A stretch of 64,000 nt of DNA from Patescibacteria group bacterium (GTDB lineage Bacteria > Patescibacteriota > Gracilibacteria > Peribacterales > Peribacteraceae): contig JALQTW010000001.1 of the NCBI GenBank assembly GCA_023263945.1, positions 117,741 through 181,740 on the forward strand, given 5' to 3'. The position numbers and the translations under genes are program-made. Shown piece after piece: positions 18,445 through 25,673 of this stretch; position 1 is the first letter of the stretch; each line of letters opens with the position of its first letter. Under the pieces are notes generated by a model, which saw only the letters and a list, made by a program, of their open reading frames with translations, made no database searches and was not told the DNA's origin.

Positions 18445-19956
18445 ATGAAGCCCCTTGCACTCATTTCCGTGTCTGAGAAGTCGGGAATTGTTGAATTTGC
18501 GCAAGGATTAGCCAAAAAAGGGTGGGAAATTGTCTCTACAGGAGGAACGTTGGATCTACTTCAAAAAAATGGCTTGGAAGTACTCTCGGTTGAAGACCTT
18601 ACGGGATTCCCCGAATGTTTCGGTGGACGCGTGAAAACATTGCATCCCATGATTGCGGGTGGCATCTTGTTCCGTCGCGATCATGCGGATGATGTGAAAC
18701 GAGCAGCGGAGCTAAAAATTCGTCCTATCGATCTTGTCGTTGTGAATTTGTATCCGTTTGCAGAGACCATTTCGAAACCGAACGTGACGCGAGAAGAGGC
18801 AATTGAACAAATTGATATTGGCGGACCGACACTCTTGCGCGCTGCTGCAAAAAATCATCAGGATGTCACCGTTGTGTGTGATCCATCCGATTACTCCCGC
18901 GTGCTCGATGTACTTGATCAAGAAAAAATAGTATCGGAACTGAGAAAGGAACTTGCAACAAAAGTGTTTCTTCACACCGCACACTACGATAGTTTCATTA
19001 CCTATTATCTGTCCGGAGGGACGAATGACGGGCTTCTTCTGACCAAGGGAAAACGGCTTCGGTATGGGGAAAACCCGCATCAGACAGGAATGTATTATTC
19101 GTATGCAGGTGACGAACAAGAACACTGGAAGGTACATCAAGGAAAGGAACTGAGCTATCTCAATCTGCTTGATGCTGATGGCGCATGGAATACCGTCGTT
19201 GAATTTGAAGATCCAACGGTCGTGATGGTGAAGCATGCAAATCCCTCCGGCATTGCATCGCGCTCAACAATCGAAGAAGCATTTCAAGCGTCATACGACG
19301 CCGATCGTCTTTCTGCGTTCGGGGTGATCATCGCGCTGAACTGTCCCTGCACGAAAGAGATTGTGCAAAAAATGATCGATCAAAAGATGTTCGTGGAAAT
19401 TCTTCTTGCTCCAGTATACGACAGCGATGCGCTTGAACTCCTCAAGAGTAAGCCAAATCTTCGGGTTCTCCAGATGGGAGATTATAATGTGCCACAGCGA
19501 AAAATTCTCTTCCGTTCCGCTCTCTGCGGCATCCTGATGCAAGATTTGGATATGAAAGTCATCACAGAAAAAGATCTTACGGTCGTGACCAAGAAAAAAC
19601 CAACGGAAGAACAAATTCAGGATCTCCTCTTTGCATGGAAGTGTGTGAAGCACTCTAAATCGAATGCTATTGTCTTTGTAAAAGATCGCGTCACTGTCGG
19701 TATCGGTGCAGGGCAAACAAGTCGCGTAGATGCAACGTGGATTGCCGCAAAACGTGCAGGAGAGAAAGCAAAAGGTGCTGTCATGGCGAGTGATGCCTTC
19801 TTCCCATTTCCAGATTCTGTTGAAGAAGCAGCCAAGAACGGCATTGCTGCGATTATTCAGCCAGGAGGATCGATCCGCGATGAGGATGTGATCAAGAAAG
19901 CGGATGAACTCGGCATTGCCATGGTGACGACGGGGGTGAGGGCGTTTTGGCACTAG
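18445..19956 (+). CDS. purH: bifunctional AICAR transformylase / IMP cyclohydrolase
   Basis: The internal ATG at 18445 gives MKPLALISVSEKSGIVEFAQGL...STGGT (MGS-like domain). The AICARFT domain continues to the C-terminal GGSIRD...MVTTGVRAF.H. Confidence 0.9.
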   Translation: MKPLALISVSEKSGIVEFAQGLAKKGWEIVSTGGTLDLLQKNGLEVLSVEDLTGFPECFGGRVKTLHPMIAGGILFRRDHADDVKRAAELKIRPIDLVVVNLYPFAETISKPNVTREEAIEQIDIGGPTLLRAAAKNHQDVTVVCDPSDYSRVLDVLDQEKIVSELRKELATKVFLHTAHYDSFITYYLSGGTNDGLLLTKGKRLRYGENPHQTGMYYSYAGDEQEHWKVHQGKELSYLNLLDADGAWNTVVEFEDPTVVMVKHANPSGIASRSTIEEAFQASYDADRLSAFGVIIALNCPCTKEIVQKMIDQKMFVEILLAPVYDSDALELLKSKPNLRVLQMGDYNVPQRKILFRSALCGILMQDLDMKVITEKDLTVVTKKKPTEEQIQDLLFAWKCVKHSKSNAIVFVKDRVTVGIGAGQTSRVDATWIAAKRAGEKAKGAVMASDAFFPFPDSVEEAAKNGIAAIIQPGGSIRDEDVIKKADELGIAMVTTGVRAFWH

Positions 19957-19959
19957 AAA

Positions 19960-20026
19960 AGTTCTTGGTTTTTAGTTCTTGGTTATTGGTCTTTCTCCAA
20001 TAACTAATAACCAACAACTAATAACT
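19960..20026. repeat. quasi-palindrome between the convergent genes purH and recR
   Basis: Left arm AGTTCTTGGTTTTTAGTTCTTGGTTATTGG (19960-19989). Right arm CCAATAACTAATAACCAACAACTAATAACT (19997-20026). About 24 of 30 positions pair. It contains the 17-mer AACTAATAACCAACAAC, also found at 27639-27655. Confidence 0.7.
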
Positions 20027-20623
20027 TTATAGTTTTCTCCTCCCTGCAATCGCTTCACGGAGCGTTACCTGATCCGCAAATTCAATATCTGCACCCATGG
20101 GAAGACCATGAGCAAGACGGCTAATGGTCGGAACTTTTGATGATAATTCTTGCCGGATGAATGCTGCGGTTGCTTCACCTTCGGTATCAGGATTTGTCGC
20201 GATGATGAGTTCATTGATCGATCCATCCTTACAACGATCAATCAGTTCTTTCATCTTGAGTTGCTCTGGACCCATCCCGTCGAGTGGAGAGAGGACACCA
20301 TGAAGTACGTGATACAAACCTCGATACTTCGTTTTCTCGAACGCCACGACATCGAGTGGACTCTCAACGACCAGAATCATCGACCGGTCACGCGAAGAAT
20401 CCTGACAAATGGGACACAACTCTTCGCTACTTACCATCTGACACGATGCACAGTAATGGATTTCTTTTTTCAGGTTTTGAAGCGCTTCCCCAAGCCGCTC
20501 CGGTGATGCTTTACTAGACCTCAAAAGGTGAAATGTAAGGCGTTCTGCGGACTTTGGGCCAATGCCGGGAAGCTTTTGAAGTTCCTCGATGGTGCGCTGG
20601 ATTTGGGGAGGGAGGAGGGGCAT
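20027..20623 (-). CDS. recR: recombination protein RecR
   Basis: 198 aa with an HhH N-terminus (LQKLPGIGPKSAERL), zinc finger C..C...C..C, and a Toprim domain. Confidence 0.9.
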   Translation of the reverse strand: MPLLPPQIQRTIEELQKLPGIGPKSAERLTFHLLRSSKASPERLGEALQNLKKEIHYCASCQMVSSEELCPICQDSSRDRSMILVVESPLDVVAFEKTKYRGLYHVLHGVLSPLDGMGPEQLKMKELIDRCKDGSINELIIATNPDTEGEATAAFIRQELSSKVPTISRLAHGLPMGADIEFADQVTLREAIAGRRKL

Positions 20624-20626
20624 AAA

Positions 20627-20703
20627 AAGTTGATTGGTTGACTGGTTGATTAGGAGACAAGCAAGTAAACCAGTAAACCAGGCAACTAATCAACCAATCA
20701 ACT
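20627..20703. repeat. quasi-palindrome between recR and smpB
   Basis: AAGTTGATTGGTTGACTGGTTGATTAG ... CTAATCAACCAATCAACTT. The arms can pair in two registers. It shares a 19-mer with 4447-4465. Confidence 0.7.
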
Positions 20704-21143
20704 TAAGAATCCTCACCACGTCTTACTCTTCTTTCCACTTCTCGATCTCGTATTCTCTGCCTCTTATCTAACTTCTTTCTTCCTCGTCCAATACCAAGGA
20801 ACAATTTAATAAATCGTCCTGCGCGTACTTCTAAGGGAATAATCGTCATTCCCTTTTCCTGTTCGATAGCTGTAAGCCGCGCCAGCTCCGATTTTTTGAT
20901 GAGCAATTCGCGATCTTGTTTTTCATCGTACTCGCCACTCACCGTCGCAAAGCGATAGGGTGCGATAGATGCATTCTTGAGCACGGGCGTGCCACCTCGA
21001 AAGGACACGTACGATCCGCTTAAATGAATGTGCCCCGCACGGCACGACTTCACCTCCTGACCACTCAGGACAATGCCGGCTTCAAGAGTATCTATTATCT
21101 CAAAGTCGAACCGAGCCTTTTTGTTCTGTGCGACAACTTTCAT
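20703..21143 (-). CDS. smpB: SsrA-binding protein SmpB
   Basis: 146 aa. KKARFDFEIIDTLEAGIVLSGQEVKS ... basic C-terminal tail. Confidence 0.9.
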   Translation of the reverse strand: MKVVAQNKKARFDFEIIDTLEAGIVLSGQEVKSCRAGHIHLSGSYVSFRGGTPVLKNASIAPYRFATVSGEYDEKQDRELLIKKSELARLTAIEQEKGMTIIPLEVRAGRFIKLFLGIGRGRKKLDKRQRIRDREVERRVRRGEDS

Positions 21144-21173
21144 GTGCTGCAGTATGCCCTGAAGAGGGGATGT

Positions 21174-21201
21174 TTGTTAAAATTATAAAATATGATATAA
21201 T
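21174..21201 (+). promoter_or_regulatory. strong candidate promoter with extended -10 (TTGTTA-16-TGaTATAAT)
   Basis: TTGTTA at 21174-21179, TG at 21193-21194, TATAAT at 21196-21201. Confidence 0.5.
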
Positions 21202-21249
21202 GTTAATAGTTGTTTTTCTCCAAGTTCCTGTTTATGGAAGGAATCTGAC

Positions 21250-21423
21250 ATGACGTACACGGTCGACTCGAACTGGTTGCTTCGGGATGTTCAGTTCGAT
21301 GACAACTGGGATGCAGCGGTGGAGGCCTCCAACCGCCACATCCGTGAGTACGAAGCACGCCAACGAGAAAAGCGCCGCGCCCAAGATGAACGACGTCGCG
21401 CTCGCCGTCTCGTGGCTGCCTAA
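21250..21423 (+). CDS. small hypothetical protein (57 aa, Arg-rich C-terminus), or a small RNA
   Basis: Hand-translated ORF below the track cutoff: MTYTVDSNWLLRDVQFDDNWDAAVEASNRHIREYEARQREKRRAQDERRRARRLVAA*. It is preceded by GGAAGGA and sits between a promoter and a terminator. Local GC is much higher than in the flanks. Confidence 0.35.
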   Translation: MTYTVDSNWLLRDVQFDDNWDAAVEASNRHIREYEARQREKRRAQDERRRARRLVAA

Positions 21424-21452
21424 CCTTCCGGGAACAGGGAAGGGCAACAGGA

Positions 21453-21483
21453 CCCCGTGCGCACTGCGTGCGGGGTTTGTTTG
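21453..21483 (+). terminator. intrinsic terminator
   Basis: CCCCGTGCGC-ACT-GCGTGCGGGG (10 bp including 2 G.U pairs) followed by TTTGTTTG. Confidence 0.55.
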
Positions 21484-21626
21484 ACAAATGTGTCAATAAT
21501 ACTTATCATTATCCTAGTGTTATCATCGAATTTCCTCTTTTGAGGGTGATTCATCCTTTTGGATCAAACGTGATAGCACTTCCAATCTTGGGTGCTTTCA
21601 CAATTCTTTTGGGATCGCACCCATTT

Positions 21627-22445
21627 TTATAGTCCAATCAACTGAAGATACGCATCGCCCACTCCCAAGTAGGCGGCGAATGCTCCTATTGCCAGAAAAG
21701 GGCCAAAAGCGAGCCTGCTCTTTCGTGTTGCGCGGTCCATGGCAATCAAAATGACCCCTACACATGCACCTGTCATATACGCGATTGCCAGCATAGGAAT
21801 TGTTTTTGAAAGTCCTAACCAGAGGCCCAAACTGAACCCTAAGAAAATATCGCCACTTCCCACAATTTTTCCGCGACTGATAAGCCATTGGAATCCAAAC
21901 CATGCTGCACCCACACATGCTCCCAAGAGAGGAGAAAGAAATTGCTGCTCAAGCCACATGGTTCCCAGTGCACCAATTGCAATGATTGCTGTGAAGGCAT
22001 CTGGAATCATCATTTCATAGGCATCGAACACGGTTACCAGAAGAATTCCCCAGAAGACGATTACCGTCATGATTGCCAAAGGGAGATTGTTGCTATGAAG
22101 AAGATACGCAGCAATGAAGAGAATCATCGTTGCAAGCTCCGTGAGTGGGTAGCGCAGTCCAATCGGTTTCTTGCACCGTCTGCAGCGCCCTCCCAAGAGC
22201 ACAAAACTCAAGACAGGAATCAGGTCATACCAGGCAATCACTTTCTTGCAGTGTGGACATTTGGATCTTCCATCAAGCGGTTTCCCTTTGGCCGTTCGGA
22301 TCAAAAGGACGTTTGAAAAACTGCCGACCACAAGTCCGCTTACGGCAAAGAGAATGAGAATAACAGTATGAGGGGGCACCGGTTTAGTGTAGCGGAGCCC
22401 TCTTCTTCCGTGAAAGAGAAACACCAGCAACACCTGCTGCAACAA
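21627..22445 (-). CDS. pilD: prepilin peptidase / N-methyltransferase (peptidase A24)
   Basis: CPHC...CRRC box, multiple TM helices, catalytic-Asp contexts DAYEMMIPD and GSGDIFLG. The track start (22445) overlaps the upstream gene by 62 nt. An in-frame GTG at 22379 would remove the overlap. Confidence 0.8.
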   Translation of the reverse strand: MLQQVLLVFLFHGRRGLRYTKPVPPHTVILILFAVSGLVVGSFSNVLLIRTAKGKPLDGRSKCPHCKKVIAWYDLIPVLSFVLLGGRCRRCKKPIGLRYPLTELATMILFIAAYLLHSNNLPLAIMTVIVFWGILLVTVFDAYEMMIPDAFTAIIAIGALGTMWLEQQFLSPLLGACVGAAWFGFQWLISRGKIVGSGDIFLGFSLGLWLGLSKTIPMLAIAYMTGACVGVILIAMDRATRKSRLAFGPFLAIGAFAAYLGVGDAYLQLIGL

Positions 22446-22902
22446 TGCTGATCATCCAGAGTCCTACTCCAGACTGTGAAAGTGCAGGGTGCTTCTTTAC
22501 CGTTGTTTGCATGACAGCATCGTTCTGAACAGCAACAGGTTGCATCACCACACCATTTGCCTGATTTTCCAAACGCATATCACGACGTGCATTCATGAGT
22601 GCGGCAATGGCAACGGTATCGTTGATGGAAGACTGCGAGGAAGACGATGAAACGGTTTGTGCTTCCAATGCATTTGCAAGTGTTTGCGCTCGATACGCAA
22701 TTTGCCGGACGGATTTATCGTCCACATTCTTATTTGCGAATCGCATGCTATCTACATTGGACTCTGCAATAGGGCTGGAAGGACGAATGAGAAATGCCTG
22801 ACTGTTCGAAAATGCATCAATGCCGGCATAGACCATAAGGGCAATACCAATACCCACAAGGGCACCAAGAAGTTGTTTGAGGAGAGGGGATGTTTGCGTC
22901 AT
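22384..22902 (-). CDS. hypothetical protein with an N-terminal TM helix and a C-terminal TM helix plus basic tail
   Basis: 172 aa. N-terminus LLKQLLGALVGIGIALMVYAGI. C-terminus PALSQSGVGLWMISIVAAGVAGVSLSRKKRAPLH. Confidence 0.5.
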   Translation of the reverse strand: MTQTSPLLKQLLGALVGIGIALMVYAGIDAFSNSQAFLIRPSSPIAESNVDSMRFANKNVDDKSVRQIAYRAQTLANALEAQTVSSSSSQSSINDTVAIAALMNARRDMRLENQANGVVMQPVAVQNDAVMQTTVKKHPALSQSGVGLWMISIVAAGVAGVSLSRKKRAPLH

Positions 22903-22908
22903 CTCTCT

Positions 22909-22937
22909 ATTCTACCATAAAATGATGTTTTTTTCAA
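22909..22937 (-). promoter_or_regulatory. candidate leaderless promoter (TTGAAA-17-TAGAAT-6 nt-ATG)
   Basis: Read on the minus strand: -35 at 22932-22937, -10 at 22909-22914, ATG at 22902. Confidence 0.45.
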
Positions 22938-23315
22938 TCACGGCATGAGGCTACTTTTATAGCGCTCTGGCTCGAATGCTTCAGCTCTTTCCATGGGGAT
23001 CGAAAGATCCCTTTCAGAGATGCCGGGTGGAAGCTGTTGATCGTACCCAAGAAGCAGGAGATCGGGCTTATAGAGTCGCAGTGGTTCCAAAAAATCATCC
23101 GAGTTTCCTAGAACAACGTGCACATCAGGAAATTCTTTTTGTATCGTCAACGACCTCTCTTCCTCAGACTGCCGTGGAGCGCGACCTTTAATTTTCTCCA
23201 CATTTGCATCGCGTCCAACAATCACCGTTACATCACCGCGCTTCATGGCTTCCCGTATTAAAAATCGATGCCCCTCGTGGAGATGATCGAAGGTACCAAA
23301 AATCATCACGTTCAT
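22938..23315 (-). CDS. cytidylyltransferase-family nucleotidyltransferase (HxGH motif)
   Basis: 125 aa. MIFGTFDHLHEGHRFLIREA resembles the TagD / RibL / PPAT-like fold. The substrate cannot be assigned. Confidence 0.55.
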   Translation of the reverse strand: MNVMIFGTFDHLHEGHRFLIREAMKRGDVTVIVGRDANVEKIKGRAPRQSEEERSLTIQKEFPDVHVVLGNSDDFLEPLRLYKPDLLLLGYDQQLPPGISERDLSIPMERAEAFEPERYKSSLMP

Positions 23316-23345
23316 ACTGAAAGGATAGCAGGAAACGTGTGATCT

Positions 23346-25376
23346 TTATTGATCGGTCGAGTCTGCTGTTCCCGCTGTTGGAACCGGAGCCTGCAGATCA
23401 ACCGAAAACAGGCGCTTGTCATCCAATACATAGAGTCGAGCATCATCTGGATCTACATAGATATCTTTGAGCGTTCCAAGATCCTGCGATTCCAAAACGT
23501 ACTGACGAATATAAGAAGACTCACCAAGATCAGAATCACTGGAAGCCACCACAATGCGGCCTTCCTTGGGATTTAGGAAGTAGAGGTTGCCCGTAGGAGA
23601 GGGTTTGAAGACTTTCGTCATGCCAAGCAGCGCACCTTCCGGAAGATTGCGGATTGTGAATGGCTTCTGCTCACCGCGGAGAAGCTTCACCACCTGACCA
23701 TCATCTTTCAGAATGTAGACGTCTCCATCAATGGCCATATCCACAGCTCCCTTCAAGTCTCCATTCACGTTGTACTCACTGGCCGGACTGTAGCGGTTAT
23801 TGAGGCGTTCATATTTGTAAATCTGATTCTTCTCCGGGGAGAGAAGGTACAGGTAACGAAGATATGTCTTGATATCGGTGCCGCTCATCCACCCTGCGGG
23901 ATCTTCCGTCTTCATAATCGTCGGTTCACCGTTAATCACTTCAATGAGACTGTTGCCTGTTGTCATGAAGAGACGACTTTGGAAGCGGGGGAAGGCGGTG
24001 CCATCCAGAATCAGTTCCTGATCGTCCAACTTCACGGGGTCATCCGCAACGTTTAAGAGGACGCGATACATTTGCTGCCGGTCATACACAAGGAACTCGC
24101 CGTCCGAAAGCCCCATGAGTCCCTGTGCCTCTATGTTTGCATTCTTTGCACTCAGGTTCACAACTAAACGTGGTGGAATACGGACAATGTTATTCAGCTC
24201 CTCTTTCTTCTGACGAATGCGATCCAGCAAATTGAGTGCTTCTCCACGGTACAGGCCGCTCTCGTTCTCCATCACCTGTTTTGCCCTATCTTCTGCTCTG
24301 TCCAGAATGGCATTAGCACTGTCATTATCGCCTGTGAGCTGGCGATTCTCCGCTGTTTTGATGTCCGTATCAATCTGCTCCACGAGCGTCTTTAATTCTT
24401 CACGAGACTGACTCTTTTGAGAGAGGAGAGACAGTTGAATAACAATCCAGAAGACCAGGAAAATGCCAACAGCACTTGCAAGAAGAAGAAGATGCGCACG
24501 GCGCTTTCTCTTGGGATCGCGAAGATCACTCAAGAAAGAATCCATTCTGTCACGAAGCCCCATCATCGTATTTCCGCTCTTTCTCTCCTTTCTTTCAAGA
24601 AGTTTCGGCATCTTCACATTGAGTCGTGGCAGGGAAGGGAGAGAGATCTTGGAAAGCAAATTCATCGCGCTGCTTTTTCCTTGTCTTGCGCTGCGACCTG
24701 CTTTCATAGGGAGCTCCCTTCCTCTTCTAGAACCTTCTCCAATACCCATAAGGGCTGCCTGCTTATCGGCATGCACTGCTATATGGAGCAGACAGGCAAT
24801 CTCTTTTTCACTGGAGAGTTCGCTCACAATTTCCTTTAACACATCGCCGCCATGGGTTGTTACTTGTGCAAGCTGCGCGGGCGTAAACGTGCGAAGGAGA
24901 CGCTGTGTACTCAAAATAACGTGATCCTTTCCTTCCAGTGGACCGCTCGCAATGTGTACAAAGGAGGGGATAGGCTTTCCACGCGAGTATTCGGTAATTT
25001 GTGCGGTTGTTCCTTCGCGAATCAAATAAGCTTCCGCACGACCGGCATGAGACAAATGGAGCATGCCGTCTTCTTCAAACACTCCTACAAGAGCGTGAAT
25101 ATCACGGACGGCACCGCTTAAGATAAGCCCGCGGAAAAGACCATTCAGTTCTTTAAGAGCACCCTCCAGGCGGGTGTATGCATCGCCATCACCTTCTGCA
25201 ACGGCACGCTGCAGAATAGAGGTAGATTCCTCCTGGAGTGTCTCTTTCCCGCTCGTACGACCTTCACTATGAAGGATCAAAAACACCTTTTCACCAGTCT
25301 CCTCACCAAGAACAACGGGCACAAGATCTGTGCCTGCTGGCTCGCGGGTTCGTCCTGATGAGACATCGATATTCAT
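23346..25376 (-). CDS. hypothetical single-pass membrane protein: cytoplasmic N-domain, coiled coil, extracytoplasmic beta-propeller-like repeats
   Basis: The internal ATG at 25376 gives MNIDVSSG.... TM helix is AHLLLLASAVGIFLVFWIVIQLSLL. The C-terminal half has about 6 repeats of the type GDVYILKDDGQVVKLL / ARLYVLDDKRLFSVDL. Confidence 0.5.
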   Translation of the reverse strand: MNIDVSSGRTREPAGTDLVPVVLGEETGEKVFLILHSEGRTSGKETLQEESTSILQRAVAEGDGDAYTRLEGALKELNGLFRGLILSGAVRDIHALVGVFEEDGMLHLSHAGRAEAYLIREGTTAQITEYSRGKPIPSFVHIASGPLEGKDHVILSTQRLLRTFTPAQLAQVTTHGGDVLKEIVSELSSEKEIACLLHIAVHADKQAALMGIGEGSRRGRELPMKAGRSARQGKSSAMNLLSKISLPSLPRLNVKMPKLLERKERKSGNTMMGLRDRMDSFLSDLRDPKRKRRAHLLLLASAVGIFLVFWIVIQLSLLSQKSQSREELKTLVEQIDTDIKTAENRQLTGDNDSANAILDRAEDRAKQVMENESGLYRGEALNLLDRIRQKKEELNNIVRIPPRLVVNLSAKNANIEAQGLMGLSDGEFLVYDRQQMYRVLLNVADDPVKLDDQELILDGTAFPRFQSRLFMTTGNSLIEVINGEPTIMKTEDPAGWMSGTDIKTYLRYLYLLSPEKNQIYKYERLNNRYSPASEYNVNGDLKGAVDMAIDGDVYILKDDGQVVKLLRGEQKPFTIRNLPEGALLGMTKVFKPSPTGNLYFLNPKEGRIVVASSDSDLGESSYIRQYVLESQDLGTLKDIYVDPDDARLYVLDDKRLFSVDLQAPVPTAGTADSTDQ

Positions 25377-25448
25377 ACAGGGTGAAACGCTACACGGAAG
25401 AGAAGCGCGCGGCAAGAGGAGAGAAGGTTACAGGATGAATCGGAGGAA

Positions 25449-25481
25449 GTTTATTCATTTACTGGTTTATTCGTTTATTTG
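25449..25481. repeat. single-armed word array GTTTATTCATTTACTGGTTTATTCGTTTATTTG
   Basis: Stuttered TTTATTC/TTTACT words in the divergent spacer. Confidence 0.4.
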
Positions 25482-25596
25482 TTAAAGGCTCTTTCATTCT
25501 CGATAGTGTGAGAGATAAAGAATATCAAAAACAAATTTTTGGAGGAAAAATTCGTTAAGAGAAAGCCAAAAGAAAGGGGTCATGACAAGAAAGTGC

Positions 25597-25625
25597 TTGC
25601 TTCTTTTCCTTTGTGAGAGTACAGT
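25597..25625 (+). promoter_or_regulatory. candidate rnj promoter (TTGCTT-17-TACAGT) with a roughly 48-nt leader
   Basis: TTGCTT at 25597-25602 and TACAGT at 25620-25625, preceded by TGTGAGAG. Confidence 0.35.
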
Positions 25626-25673
25626 AGATGTGACGTCTTATCTGAGACACTTTCCGATTTATTCCTTAATTCG

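Noticed and set aside
21424-21452. SRP (4.5S) RNA-like CCGGGAACAGGGAAGGGCAAC segment
   Set aside because: It resembles the GGAA-tetraloop region only superficially. The conserved AGCA symmetric-loop context and the long closing helix are absent.
21203-21496. 97-aa minus-strand ORF downstream of pilD
   Set aside because: Its Cys/Arg/Pro/His-rich composition is typical of the antisense of a GC-rich segment. The plus-strand unit has a promoter, an RBS-like element and a terminator.
21144-21626. Possible tmRNA (ssrA) next to smpB. The small ORF ends in ...LVAA*, reminiscent of a tag peptide.
   Set aside because: There is no tRNA-like acceptor stem, no GGTTCGAnTCC T-arm and no 3' CCA context. 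The unit is only about 280 nt. The ORF has its own start codon and is far longer than a tag reading frame.
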